Positions 9,402 to 18,364 of a stretch of 64,000 nt of DNA are shown here, one piece after another; positions within the stretch are counted from its first letter, which is position 1; each line of letters begins with the position of its first letter. Source of the DNA: Deltaproteobacteria bacterium (lineage in GTDB: Bacteria; Myxococcota_A; Polyangia; Fen-1088); contig JANRKS010000024.1 in assembly GCA_033763315.1 (NCBI GenBank), positions 64,001 through 128,000 on the forward strand, written 5' to 3'. A program made the translations under genes and the position numbers. The notes beneath the pieces were generated by a model that saw only the letters and a program-made list of their open reading frames with translations, did no database searches and was not told the origin of the DNA.

Positions 9402-10520
9402 CTAAGGCGACCGTCCAGAAGGGAACTCAGCGCGGACGCGTTTGAATCGCAGGCACGGTTTTTCAACGAATCGCCATGACGCAGCGGCAGCGGCGAAGGC
9501 AAGCAGGATGGCTGGGATAGCATTCGTCCCCGCGGTCGTTGCCCCTCCCTGCCACTGCGCCATCAACTGTTGAGTTGGGAAACCCCACAGATAGACGCCG
9601 TAAGACAGATCCCACCCACGTGGGATGGCGGGCAAGTGGGGTTGGTAGGCAAACCAAAACCAGGTGTAGACGCATACAAGGGGAAAGATCAGGCCAAGCC
9701 ACGGCCTCCCAAGCGAAAACACGGCTGTGAGCCAAAGCAAAAGCAAGGCGTCCGTGCGTAGAGGTATTGCCGTACGGTTCAGGAAGCACAGCGCTCCAAC
9801 AGCAAAGAAACCGCAGGGCCGCAGGAGCCATGGCCCGGGCACAAACGGAACCGCCACGGGGGCGAACCAACCGAGCAACACCAGCCCCAATATCACCGCA
9901 GTGCCCAGCCACCTGCGCGACAGAACGCGCGTGACACCCAAAACCGCGACGGCAACATACATCGCCACTTCGCCCGGCAAGCTCCACAACGAACCGTTGA
10001 CGACGCCGGGATAAGGGTTGCGTCCAAACACACCCGGCAGCCCCCATTGCAGGCCGGGACGAAAGCTCAGGTTGATGCCGATGTAACGAAACGTTCGCCA
10101 TGAACGAAAGTAGGCTGCGACTGGAAGTTCACTGGCCAGCGGCCCCAGAACGAGAGCGCATAGACCAACGCACACCACGAGCGCAGGTATGATGCGGAGC
10201 AGCCGCGACCTCACGAAACGCCAAAATGCCGGCCGCTCAACATAGCTGCCAGTCACCAGCAGGCCGCTCGTCAGGAAGAACAGGTCCACGGCCAGGGACC
10301 CCGCCGTTACTTTGGGACCAAGGTGCAATCGTGCAATCCAGTCGTTGCCACCCGAGCCGCTCAGCACATAGCTGTGGCTCCACATGACCATCAACGCGGC
10401 CAGCAGGCGCAACAACAGGAAGTTGTCGTCGCGGGCCGCGTAGGCTTCACCCAGTGTGCGCGCCGGACGCAGCCAGCGGTGTGTCAGGCGAAGCCAGGTT
10501 TGTGCGGGCACAGTCGGCAC
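9402..10520 (-). CDS. Acyltransferase family 3 (OafA-like O-acyltransferase)
   Basis: LLRLLAALMVMWSH, VDLFFLTSG, RLLRIIP, NGSLWSL, DLSYGVYLWGFP, SWRFVEKP. Confidence 0.9.
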   Translation of the reverse strand: MPTVPAQTWLRLTHRWLRPARTLGEAYAARDDNFLLLRLLAALMVMWSHSYVLSGSGGNDWIARLHLGPKVTAGSLAVDLFFLTSGLLVTGSYVERPAFWRFVRSRLLRIIPALVVCVGLCALVLGPLASELPVAAYFRSWRTFRYIGINLSFRPGLQWGLPGVFGRNPYPGVVNGSLWSLPGEVAMYVAVAVLGVTRVLSRRWLGTAVILGLVLLGWFAPVAVPFVPGPWLLRPCGFFAVGALCFLNRTAIPLRTDALLLLWLTAVFSLGRPWLGLIFPLVCVYTWFWFAYQPHLPAIPRGWDLSYGVYLWGFPTQQLMAQWQGGATTAGTNAIPAILLAFAAAAASWRFVEKPCLRFKRVRAEFPSGRSP

Positions 10521-10528
10521 CCTGCCAC

Positions 10529-10568
10529 AAAAAAACCGGCGCCGGGAGACACGCTCACCAGCGCCGGG
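10529..10568 (-). terminator. Intrinsic terminator immediately upstream of the acyltransferase start
   Basis: Minus strand CCGGCGCTGGTGAG-CGTGT-CTCCCGGCGCCGG followed by a T7 run. Confidence 0.75.
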
Positions 10569-10698
10569 GCCGTTACTGAACTGATTCGAAAGCGCCGTGT
10601 GGTGGCGCCAAGAATGGGGGCGGGGGCGAGTGCACCGCCTGACCGGTTACGCCCAGAATCTCGCGGGCGGATCAAAGTCGTGTTGGGACTTGGAGCGT

Positions 10699-10785
10699 CT
10701 AGAGCCGGATGGAATTCCTTTGTCCAAACCGGGCTGCGATGCGATGTGAAAACGATTCGTTCGAGCAGTGTTTTTGTTTACCCAT
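10699..10785 (-). CDS. Putative 28-aa small protein or leader peptide
   Basis: AAGGAGG about 10 nt before ATG 10785; MGKQKHCSNESFSHRIAARFGQRNSIRL*; no recognisable family. Confidence 0.3.
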   Translation of the reverse strand: MGKQKHCSNESFSHRIAARFGQRNSIRL

Positions 10786-10910
10786 GCGTTTTCGTCCTCC
10801 TTGTTCCACCAGTCGTTCACGGCTCTTTATTAAGGCTAACTCAGGGTTTGGCGTGCGACCAGGTTTCCTGTGCAAGCGGTTGAAAATTAACGGCTACGAA
10901 ACGTCGCTGT

Positions 10911-10949
10911 AAACAAAAACGGGGTGCGAAGCCAACGGCCCGCACCCCG
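10911..10949 (-). terminator. Intrinsic terminator of the cytochrome c gene
   Basis: CGGGGTGCG...CGCACCCCG stem followed by TTTTTGTTT on the minus strand, about 27 nt after the stop. Confidence 0.8.
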
Positions 10950-10975
10950 ATTCATCAGCTGGTACGTAAGCGAAG

Positions 10976-11278
10976 TTAGCTTGCAGCCAATTTCGCGAAT
11001 TCGTCGTACTTCTTCTTCGCCTCGTCCGTCAGGGTCCACTTGGTTTCGTCCTTGTGGCAGGTGTCGCAGTCAACCTTCATGCCCTTCTTCTTGGCCTTCT
11101 TGGTCATCTCTTTCATGACCGTCTTGGCGCGCTTGATGCCGCCCTCAGCGCAGGCCTTCCCAATGTCGGTCTTGGCGTCCTTGGCAATGGTGCAGTCGTT
11201 GTCGCCGGCGAACGCAGGTGCCACCAACGCCACAGCGAAAGTGCCAGCCAAAAGGGTGCCGAGTGCCTTCTTCAACAT
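10976..11278 (-). CDS. Small exported mono-haem c-type cytochrome
   Basis: GGAGG SD before ATG 11278; signal peptide ending AFA; single CDTCH motif; Lys-rich. Confidence 0.8.
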   Translation of the reverse strand: MLKKALGTLLAGTFAVALVAPAFAGDNDCTIAKDAKTDIGKACAEGGIKRAKTVMKEMTKKAKKKGMKVDCDTCHKDETKWTLTDEAKKKYDEFAKLAAS

Positions 11279-11508
11279 GGGAAATTCCTCCAGGAACAAA
11301 AGGGGGTGGACGGGTCGCGCATGGTTCTAGCGAACATCTGGACAAGACGCAAAGCGGCCGAACGAGCGCCAGAATGATCGATGGACGATCGGCCGAACAA
11401 AAACATTCACGACAATCTTCTGCCACGGGGCGCGGTGCGTCATACCTTCCGAAGCCGGCGGCGAATCGGTCGACCCTAACCCCCCTTTCGGCTAGTCTGC
11501 CGGCCGCC

Positions 11509-12933
11509 ATGAAGCAACCTGAACCGCAAACGCCTGCCGCTGGGGGCCGTGGGGCCCGTTTCTCTGGAGCCATGGATCCGGCGGCCGCCGCCTTGAACGC
11601 CAGCATCGACTTTGACCGGCGCCTGCTGTGGGACGACGTGCGTGGCAGCCAGGCGCACGCCCGGATGTTGGCGAAGGTGGGCCTCATCAGCGAAGACGAC
11701 GCGGCGACGATCGCGCGCGGGCTCGAACAAGCCGCCGGCGAAATCGAGCGCGGCGAGGTTGTGTTGGACGCGGCGCTTGAAGACATCCACATGAACCTTG
11801 AGAAACGTTTGACCGAGATCGTCGGCGAGCCGGGGCGCCGGCTCCATACGGGCCGCAGCCGCAACGATCAGGTGTGCACAGATCTTAAGTTGTTCACGTT
11901 GCGCAGCATCGCGGAACTGGTGGCCAGCATCGATCGCACCCGTTTGGCTCTCGTTCGCAAGGCTCGGGCGCACGCGCACGATCTGATGCCTGGCTATACA
12001 CACCTGCAGCGGGCACAAGCCGTGACGTTGGGGCACCACTTGATGGCTTACGCAGAGATGTTGCGACGCGATCGTGGGCGCCTGCTCGACGCGGCGGCGC
12101 GCGCGGCGCAATGTCCGCTAGGCGCCGGTGCGTTGGCTGGATCTAGTTTGCCTATCGATCGCGAAACCACAGCCGCCACGCTGGGATTCTCCGGCGGGCC
12201 CACGCGCAACAGTTTGGACACCGTGTCCGACCGCGATTTCGCCGCTGAAGTGGCGTTCGCCTGCGCGTTGATGCTCGTGCATTTTTCACGCTTGGGTGAA
12301 GAGCTCGTGTTGTGGTCCACCACAGAATTCGGTTTCGTTTCGTTGGGCGAAGGGCACTGCTCGGGCAGCTCGCTGATGCCGCAAAAGCGCAACCCCGACA
12401 TCGCCGAGCTGCTGCGTGCGAAGCCCGCGCGTGTGATTGGCGACTTAGTGGCGCTGTTGACGATCTCTAAGGGGATCACGCTTGCCTACAACAAGGATTT
12501 GCAGGAATCGCAAGAGCCCTTGTATGACGCCATCGAAACCGCACAACTTGTGTTGGCCGTGGCGCCACGCTTGATCGCTGATCTGACGTTCAACACAGAA
12601 AAAATGGGCCAAGCCGCGATGGATCCTGCTCTGGGCGCCACCGATCTCGCTGAGTACTTGGTGCGCGAATGCGGTGTTCCGTTTCGCCGGGCGCATGAGA
12701 TCGTCGGAGCCTTCGTTCGTCACGCCGAAAGCAAGGGCGTGCCGCTGCGTCAGGTGCCCGCGCAGGAGCTTGCCTCCATCGCGCCCGAGCTTACGCCCGC
12801 GGCGCTGCAGTCGCTTGATCCCGCGCAAGCCGTGGCGGCGCGAACGCTCACCGGCGGGCCAGCGCCAAGCCGTGTTTTGGCGGAAGTGCAAGTGCTTGAA
12901 CAAGAGCTCAAGACGTTGGGCTTCGAGGTTTAG
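11509..12933 (+). CDS. argH: Argininosuccinate lyase
   Basis: EDIHMNLE, LHTGRSRNDQV, MPGYTHLQRAQ, GSSLMPQKRNPD, YNKDLQE. Start ATG 11509. Confidence 0.95.
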   Translation: MKQPEPQTPAAGGRGARFSGAMDPAAAALNASIDFDRRLLWDDVRGSQAHARMLAKVGLISEDDAATIARGLEQAAGEIERGEVVLDAALEDIHMNLEKRLTEIVGEPGRRLHTGRSRNDQVCTDLKLFTLRSIAELVASIDRTRLALVRKARAHAHDLMPGYTHLQRAQAVTLGHHLMAYAEMLRRDRGRLLDAAARAAQCPLGAGALAGSSLPIDRETTAATLGFSGGPTRNSLDTVSDRDFAAEVAFACALMLVHFSRLGEELVLWSTTEFGFVSLGEGHCSGSSLMPQKRNPDIAELLRAKPARVIGDLVALLTISKGITLAYNKDLQESQEPLYDAIETAQLVLAVAPRLIADLTFNTEKMGQAAMDPALGATDLAEYLVRECGVPFRRAHEIVGAFVRHAESKGVPLRQVPAQELASIAPELTPAALQSLDPAQAVAARTLTGGPAPSRVLAEVQVLEQELKTLGFEV

Positions 12934-13215
12934 TCCTCGCTGCTCGCCTGCACGTTGTCCCAAAGAACACTGAGATCAAACTCAATGGCGTCAAACGGTT
13001 CAGCGCGAATTTTTGCATCATCGTGATGAACGCCGTGCACGATCCAGCGACCATCGCTGCCTAAATGCAAGATCTCAAGCGTGCGCTGTAGGGGGTTTGC
13101 CAGCAGACCCACGCCACTTGTTCACGCCCGTATACTTGAAGCTTCTCGGTGCGGTCGAATTTCTCGGTGCGTGGGCTTAGAACTTCCGCAACCCAATCTG
13201 GGCTGGGTCTCCCAT
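12930..13215 (-). pseudogene. Uma2/DUF820 family endonuclease pseudogene (internal deletion plus frameshift)
   Basis: ATG 13215 gives MGDPA and then loses frame; PDWVAEVLSPRTEKFDRTEKLQVYGREQVAWV is in a second frame and LANPLQRTLEILHL...RAEPFDAIEFDLSVLW follows after another frameshift. Confidence 0.8.
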
Positions 13216-13236
13216 GACCCGTGATCATAGCACGGT

Positions 13237-13253
13237 GCCAAGGTGGCCTTGGC
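13237..13253 (-). terminator. Short hairpin after the aminotransferase stop
   Basis: GCCAAGG-TGG-CCTTGGC directly after the stop at 13254; no clear U-tract. Confidence 0.3.
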
Positions 13254-14354
13254 CTACGAGAAAGACACCACCGCTCGAATCACTTGATCCACTTCGTCCT
13301 CCGTCATCTCGGGAAATAACGGCAACGAAAGTATCTGGGCAGCGGCTTGCTCTGCGTGAGGAAAACGCTGCCCTTCGGGCACAAGACGGGCGAACGCCGG
13401 CTGCTGATGCAAAGGGCGTGGGTAATGAATGGCGTATGGAACCTCCGCCGCTTCCAGATGTGAGATAAGCCGAGCACGGTCAGCACAGCGAATGGAGTAT
13501 TGCTGGTATACATGCTGTGCATAAGGTGCGACCCACGGTGTGGTGACAGCAGCGTTGGCAAATGCCTGGTCATACCGCTTGGCCACGCGACAGCGGCCCT
13601 CGTTGAAGCTGTCTAAGTGCGGAAGTTTCGCCATGAGCACAGCGGCCTGAAGTGTATCGAGCCTGCTGTTAATGCCGACCAGCTCATGAAAATACCGCGT
13701 TTTTGATCCGTGGTTCGCAATGAGGCGACATTGCTCGGCCAGCTTCGCATCGTTCGTGGCAATCGCACCGCCATCACCGAAACAACCTAAATTCTTCGCT
13801 GGAAAAAAACTAAAGCAGCCCAGCGCGCCCATGGTGCCCGTCATGCGGCCTTTGTAACGAGCGCCAATCGCTTGCGCGTTGTCTTCAATCACAACGATGT
13901 TGTGTTGCTTCGCAAGTTCGAGCAACGGATCCATGTCTGCTGGTTGGCCATAAAGATGAACGGGCACAATGGCACGCGTCCTGGGCGTGATGCGTGCGTG
14001 CACCTGCGATACGTCTAGGTTGTAGGTGTGCGGATCGATATCGACGTAGACTGGCTTCGCGCCCAGCAGCACCAGGGCTTCGACCGTAGCCACGAATGTG
14101 AAGGGCGTGGTGATCACTTCATCGCCGGGGCCGATGCACAAGGCCATGTATGCGATTTGCAAGGCGTCCGTTCCAGAGCCACATCCGATGACGTGGTCTA
14201 CGCCAAGGTATGCACCAAGCCCCGCCTCAAAGGCGCTAACTTCAGCGCCTTTGATGAAGCCGCTAGTTTCTAGGACCCGCGCGATCGCAGCGTCGATTTC
14301 CGCTTTGTGGTTCGCGTACTGACGTTGCAGGTCCACCATCTTTAGGGATGACAC
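13254..14354 (-). CDS. DegT/DnrJ/EryC1/StrS nucleotide-sugar aminotransferase (WbpE/WlbC-like)
   Basis: GSGTDALQIA, PVHLYGQ, IEDNAQAIGA, SFFPAKNLGCFGDGG (PLP lysine), GINSRLDTLQAAVL. Confidence 0.92.
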   Translation of the reverse strand: MSSLKMVDLQRQYANHKAEIDAAIARVLETSGFIKGAEVSAFEAGLGAYLGVDHVIGCGSGTDALQIAYMALCIGPGDEVITTPFTFVATVEALVLLGAKPVYVDIDPHTYNLDVSQVHARITPRTRAIVPVHLYGQPADMDPLLELAKQHNIVVIEDNAQAIGARYKGRMTGTMGALGCFSFFPAKNLGCFGDGGAIATNDAKLAEQCRLIANHGSKTRYFHELVGINSRLDTLQAAVLMAKLPHLDSFNEGRCRVAKRYDQAFANAAVTTPWVAPYAQHVYQQYSIRCADRARLISHLEAAEVPYAIHYPRPLHQQPAFARLVPEGQRFPHAEQAAAQILSLPLFPEMTEDEVDQVIRAVVSFS

Positions 14355-14437
14355 GCCCCAAGGCTAACACGGTCTTAGGGCTGGCGAAGTGTTGTTTGGA
14401 ACGTGTCTACTCAGCAAGAGATAGTAAACTCCCACCT

Positions 14438-15409
14438 GTGAAGATCCGCGCCCCGGAGAACCCTACCGACCAGAGTGACGCATTTTTCAACCGCCGTCGA
14501 TTCTTGGGAACCGCATCCGCGGCCATGTGCTGGGCAGCCGCCTGTGAGAAGCCTTCGAACAATGGGCGAGGTGACGGGGGTTTTTCAGATGCGACTCGTG
14601 ACTCGGGTAGCGAAGCACCGGCTGATACGTGTCGGCCACCAGAAAATCTGTTTGGCGCTTACAATTTCACGATGGAGGAACGTCAGCCAGGTGAGCAGCA
14701 GCTGCTGCTGCAATCTCTGGGCTATCAGGGCATCGTGACCGAATGGAAAGGCACCGAGCCTTACGCGGCGTTCTTGTCGCATTCATTGGTTGCGACGGGC
14801 GAGCTCAAACTTGTAGCAGCGCTCGTGACGATAGATGCCGGCGCGCCTATTGACGAGCCCTATTGGCTCAACGTGTTTGAGACGCTCAAGGCGGGGAACA
14901 CTCGTCCATGGCTCTTGGTGGGTGGATTGAAGAACCAGCAACGAATCGGCGAGAGCGTGCGCGCTTTGTCCCAGCTTTCCGCGTCCGTCAGCGACATTCC
15001 GATCGTGCTCTATCCGCACTGGAGAATGGGGATCGAAACAACAGAGGAAAGCATCGAAGTGCTGCGCTTGTTGGATGGCAGCAATGTAAGAACATCGCTG
15101 CATCTTTGCCATGAACTAAAAGCGGGGAATGCCGGTCGTCTCAGGGATGTTATTGAGCGCAGTTCAGCGCACCTCGATCTCGTGAGCATCAACGGCGCCT
15201 ATGTAGTGGACGCAGATCCTGAAGGATGGAGCCGCACGATCTTGCCCTTAGACGAAGGCGATCTTGACGTGAGCAACGGCTATCTCCGGCCGCTCATCGC
15301 CGCCGGCTACGAAGGTCCGGTCTTGCTTCACACGTACGGGATCAGGGAGCGGCCCGAAGAACACTATCCGCGATCAATGATGAGATTCGCGTCGTCGCTA
15401 AGGTGTTGA
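14438..15409 (+). CDS. Tat-exported lipoprotein, sugar-phosphate isomerase/epimerase-like TIM barrel
   Basis: NRRRFLG Tat motif plus AAAC lipobox; LYPH, SLHLCHELK, VSING, ILPLDEG, GYEGPVLLH. Start GTG 14438 preferred over 14348. Confidence 0.7.
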   Translation: MKIRAPENPTDQSDAFFNRRRFLGTASAAMCWAAACEKPSNNGRGDGGFSDATRDSGSEAPADTCRPPENLFGAYNFTMEERQPGEQQLLLQSLGYQGIVTEWKGTEPYAAFLSHSLVATGELKLVAALVTIDAGAPIDEPYWLNVFETLKAGNTRPWLLVGGLKNQQRIGESVRALSQLSASVSDIPIVLYPHWRMGIETTEESIEVLRLLDGSNVRTSLHLCHELKAGNAGRLRDVIERSSAHLDLVSINGAYVVDADPEGWSRTILPLDEGDLDVSNGYLRPLIAAGYEGPVLLHTYGIRERPEEHYPRSMMRFASSLRC

Positions 15410-15433
15410 AGTATTGCTACGACCCTACATTGC

Positions 15434-15940
15434 TCAGTTAACTCGCAAACAACGTGCCCCTGCGAAAAATTTCGTGTTGGCGCCTGAAGTATTTCTCATA
15501 TTACAGATGATGCGCTCCTGTCCGGCTGCGCACCCTTGGGTGACGACGCCAAAGTAGTTGATGGTAGAGACCGCGTTAACCGCGTCCGTGCAAGTGTGAA
15601 GCATCGCAACGGTGCCGGTCGGGCAACAGGGCGTGAATACAGACTTTAGCGCGTTAGGGGCAATGTCTTCAGTGAGGGCGCTGACGACGACTGAATGACT
15701 CAAAAAACCGGTCGCGGTGCTGTTGAAGCTAGAAGCATTGAGCTTGTTATCAACTTCCGCCTTCAGAAAGTCGAAGTTGGCCTTGATCTGGGCGGCGCTT
15801 ACGGGTTGTCCACCCGCGATGCCAGCAGTGCTAAAGGACTGAGCCAAGCTGATCACTGGCACACCAACGATGATGCCGCCGATGAAATATCCAATGCCCG
15901 CGAGGACACGGAACCTTCGGGTTGCTGTTTGTGTCGACAT
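15434..15940 (-). CDS. Secreted protein with a fibre-like N-terminal motif and Cys-containing C-terminal domain
   Basis: AAGGA SD; signal peptide ending SLA; FSTAGIAGGQPVSAAQIKANFDFLKAEV followed by a short coiled segment. Confidence 0.7.
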   Translation of the reverse strand: MSTQTATRRFRVLAGIGYFIGGIIVGVPVISLAQSFSTAGIAGGQPVSAAQIKANFDFLKAEVDNKLNASSFNSTATGFLSHSVVVSALTEDIAPNALKSVFTPCCPTGTVAMLHTCTDAVNAVSTINYFGVVTQGCAAGQERIICNMRNTSGANTKFFAGARCLRVN

Positions 15941-15955
15941 TTCAATTTTCCTTTG

Positions 15956-18364
15956 TTAGTTGGCGTAGACGGCGTTCTCATCCGAATAGTTAGATGAATC
16001 GTAAATCGCGAAGGTCTTGCATCTGTTGTTTGTGCCACAGGTTAAGGGAGCGCCACACGTGGTCGCTGTCGCGCTGCACGTACCCGAGCCGTTGAGATTG
16101 CACTTCTGCGCAGGAGTGTACGTCGCCCCCGACACCGGGCACATCTCGCCCGGGCAGGAAGACGACGCGCAGCAAACGCCATCGACCACGTTGCCACTCT
16201 TGCATTGATTGCCTGTCGTCGCAGGCGTACCGTTCGTCTTCTTGGCAACACACGCGCTTCCGCTGCAGAAGTTGTTCACGCTGTCAGCACAGTCACTATC
16301 GGCCAAGCATGAGACTTTGCAAGCGCCACCTGCGCACGTATACAGGCCACAACCTTGAGCCGCTGGGGTGCTGCACGCCCCAGCGCCGTTGCATGTGGAG
16401 ACTGGGGTCAGTGACGTTGCGCTTGCACACGTAGCAGCACCGCACTGAACACCACTTGCCGTCACGGCGCATGAGCCATTGGCGTTGCACGTGCCCTTCG
16501 TCCCGCACGTGGTGTTGCTGTTCACGCATTTGCCTGCGGGGTCTGTGGTGCCAGCCGCAACCAACGAACAGGTCCCCTTGCTTCCAGAAAGGCTACAGGA
16601 CTTGCACTGGACGCCATCGCAGGATTCGTTACAGCAAACCCCTTGTGAGCAGAAGCCGCTTTGACACTGATTGGGATTCGCGCAGGAAGCACCGATGGGC
16701 TTTGGTCCGCAGGAGCCGTTAACACAAGTGTTGGGGGCGATGCAATCAGTGTCATTGCTGCAGGTTTGCCCGCATTTTGTCCCATTGCATTTGTACGGCG
16801 AACACATCAAAGCCGCTTTCGCAATACATTCGCCGGAACCGTCGCAAGTTGATGCTGGCGTTGACTTGTCCATCGAGCAAACCTCAGCCGAACAGGGCGT
16901 GCCCGCGGCGTATCGTTGGCATCCGCCACTGCCGTCACAGAATCCATTCTCGTCGCAGGTGCTGGAATCCTTTTTGGCGGCGGTGCACACGCCGTGGGGA
17001 TCACTTTGGCCGGCGCCGACGCTCGTACACTTGCCCAACGATGAGGCCAGGTTGCACGCTTGGCAGGCACCCCCGCACGCTTTGTCACAGCACACGCCAT
17101 CGGCACAAACGCCTGTTCGACACTCGGCGTTGCCATCGCATTTTTGGCCTGCCTCTTTGAGGCCGCAACTGCCAGAGGTACACGCATTGGGGCTCACGCA
17201 ATCGTTGGCGGTTGCGCAATCCTTCGGACAAACCCCCGCCGTGCATTTGAATGATCCACAGGACACGGCTGCCGGTTGAACGCAACTTCCGTTGCCATTG
17301 CAAGTTGACGCCGGCACAGCCGAGTTGCCCAAACACGACGAACTGGCGCACGTCGTTCCGGAAGCGTAGAGGGCGCATGAACCCTTCCCGTTACACGCAC
17401 CGCTTTTTCCACATGACGCGCCCCCCTCGTCTTTGCACACGCCGCGCGGATCTGGTCGTCCATCTGCCACCGGCACGCATTCGCCCGGTGAACCGACGCT
17501 GTTGCAGGTGACGCACGCACCTTCGCACGCTTGGCCACAGCAAACGCCATCGGCGCAAAAGTTGGATTCGCATTCATCGGCTTTGCCACAACGCGCGCCT
17601 TGCGGCTTCTTGCCGCATGAGCCCGACTTGCAGCTTTGGTTCGCAGCACACTGATTGTCTCCCGTGCAGCTTCCGAAGCATTCATTCTTCGAGGCATCGC
17701 AGCCAAACGGCGTACAGATCTCAGAGCCGCCTGGTTCACATTTTCCTGCCTGACATTTCTTGATGCCGACGACCGAAGCGGCTGTGGCGCTACACGTACC
17801 AGCCACGCAAACCGTTCCGTCGGGATACCTACGGCACGCGCCCGTTCCATCGCACGTTCCGTCGAGCCCACATGTATCAAGGGATTCCTTGGTGCATTGG
17901 TCGGCTCGAATGGGCAAATCACCGGATGGCACGGGGCTGCACGTCCCCATCTTGCCCACGACATTGCACGCCATACAGACCCCGTCGCAAGCAGACGAAC
18001 AACAAATGCCGCCGACGCAAAAGCCGGATGAACAATCCTTCTGAGAGGAGCATGAGTCGCCGTTGGCAACGTTCTGCAAACCATTTCCGACGTCGTCTTC
18101 GCCAACCTCGGATTGATTCCCCTCCCCTGCATCCTTCTTCTCATCGACTTCAGACGCATCTTTCTTCGCGCCAGCGTCATTGTCCGGCCCCGTTCCCTCT
18201 TTCCAACAGAAGCTGTCCGAGCCGCAATAGTACCCCGAAGGGCATTGCTTCTCGGTGTCGACCGCGCACCTTTGCTTGCCATTCTCGGGGGCCGTGTTCA
18301 CAGAACACGCAGCCAGAATCAGAGCCAAAAACGGTAGTACCGAAGACGAAAGCTTCATTACCAT
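15956..18364 (-). CDS. Large Cys-rich repeat surface lipoprotein
   Basis: LAAC lipobox; acidic DAG linker; four tandem ~152-aa repeats with about 24 Cys each. Confidence 0.88.
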   Translation of the reverse strand: MVMKLSSSVLPFLALILAACSVNTAPENGKQRCAVDTEKQCPSGYYCGSDSFCWKEGTGPDNDAGAKKDASEVDEKKDAGEGNQSEVGEDDVGNGLQNVANGDSCSSQKDCSSGFCVGGICCSSACDGVCMACNVVGKMGTCSPVPSGDLPIRADQCTKESLDTCGLDGTCDGTGACRRYPDGTVCVAGTCSATAASVVGIKKCQAGKCEPGGSEICTPFGCDASKNECFGSCTGDNQCAANQSCKSGSCGKKPQGARCGKADECESNFCADGVCCGQACEGACVTCNSVGSPGECVPVADGRPDPRGVCKDEGGASCGKSGACNGKGSCALYASGTTCASSSCLGNSAVPASTCNGNGSCVQPAAVSCGSFKCTAGVCPKDCATANDCVSPNACTSGSCGLKEAGQKCDGNAECRTGVCADGVCCDKACGGACQACNLASSLGKCTSVGAGQSDPHGVCTAAKKDSSTCDENGFCDGSGGCQRYAAGTPCSAEVCSMDKSTPASTCDGSGECIAKAALMCSPYKCNGTKCGQTCSNDTDCIAPNTCVNGSCGPKPIGASCANPNQCQSGFCSQGVCCNESCDGVQCKSCSLSGSKGTCSLVAAGTTDPAGKCVNSNTTCGTKGTCNANGSCAVTASGVQCGAATCASATSLTPVSTCNGAGACSTPAAQGCGLYTCAGGACKVSCLADSDCADSVNNFCSGSACVAKKTNGTPATTGNQCKSGNVVDGVCCASSSCPGEMCPVSGATYTPAQKCNLNGSGTCSATATTCGAPLTCGTNNRCKTFAIYDSSNYSDENAVYAN
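16238..18064 (-). repeat. Four tandem ~152-aa Cys-rich protein repeats plus a partial fifth
   Basis: Units start G-x-x-C and contain C-x-x-G-[VI]-C-C; units 1-3 end GSCGxK and unit 4 ends SACVAKK. Confidence 0.85.

Noticed and set aside
11218-11508. Extension of argH
   Set aside because: Overlaps the divergent cytochrome gene; ArgH similarity starts after 11509.
16238-18064. Possible CRISPR or DNA tandem repeat
   Set aside because: Repetition is at protein level with diverged codons; there are no identical repeats with spacers.
17194-18282. 362-aa ORF and other repeat-like ORFs over the Cys-rich gene
   Set aside because: Shadow frames of the repetitive lipoprotein.
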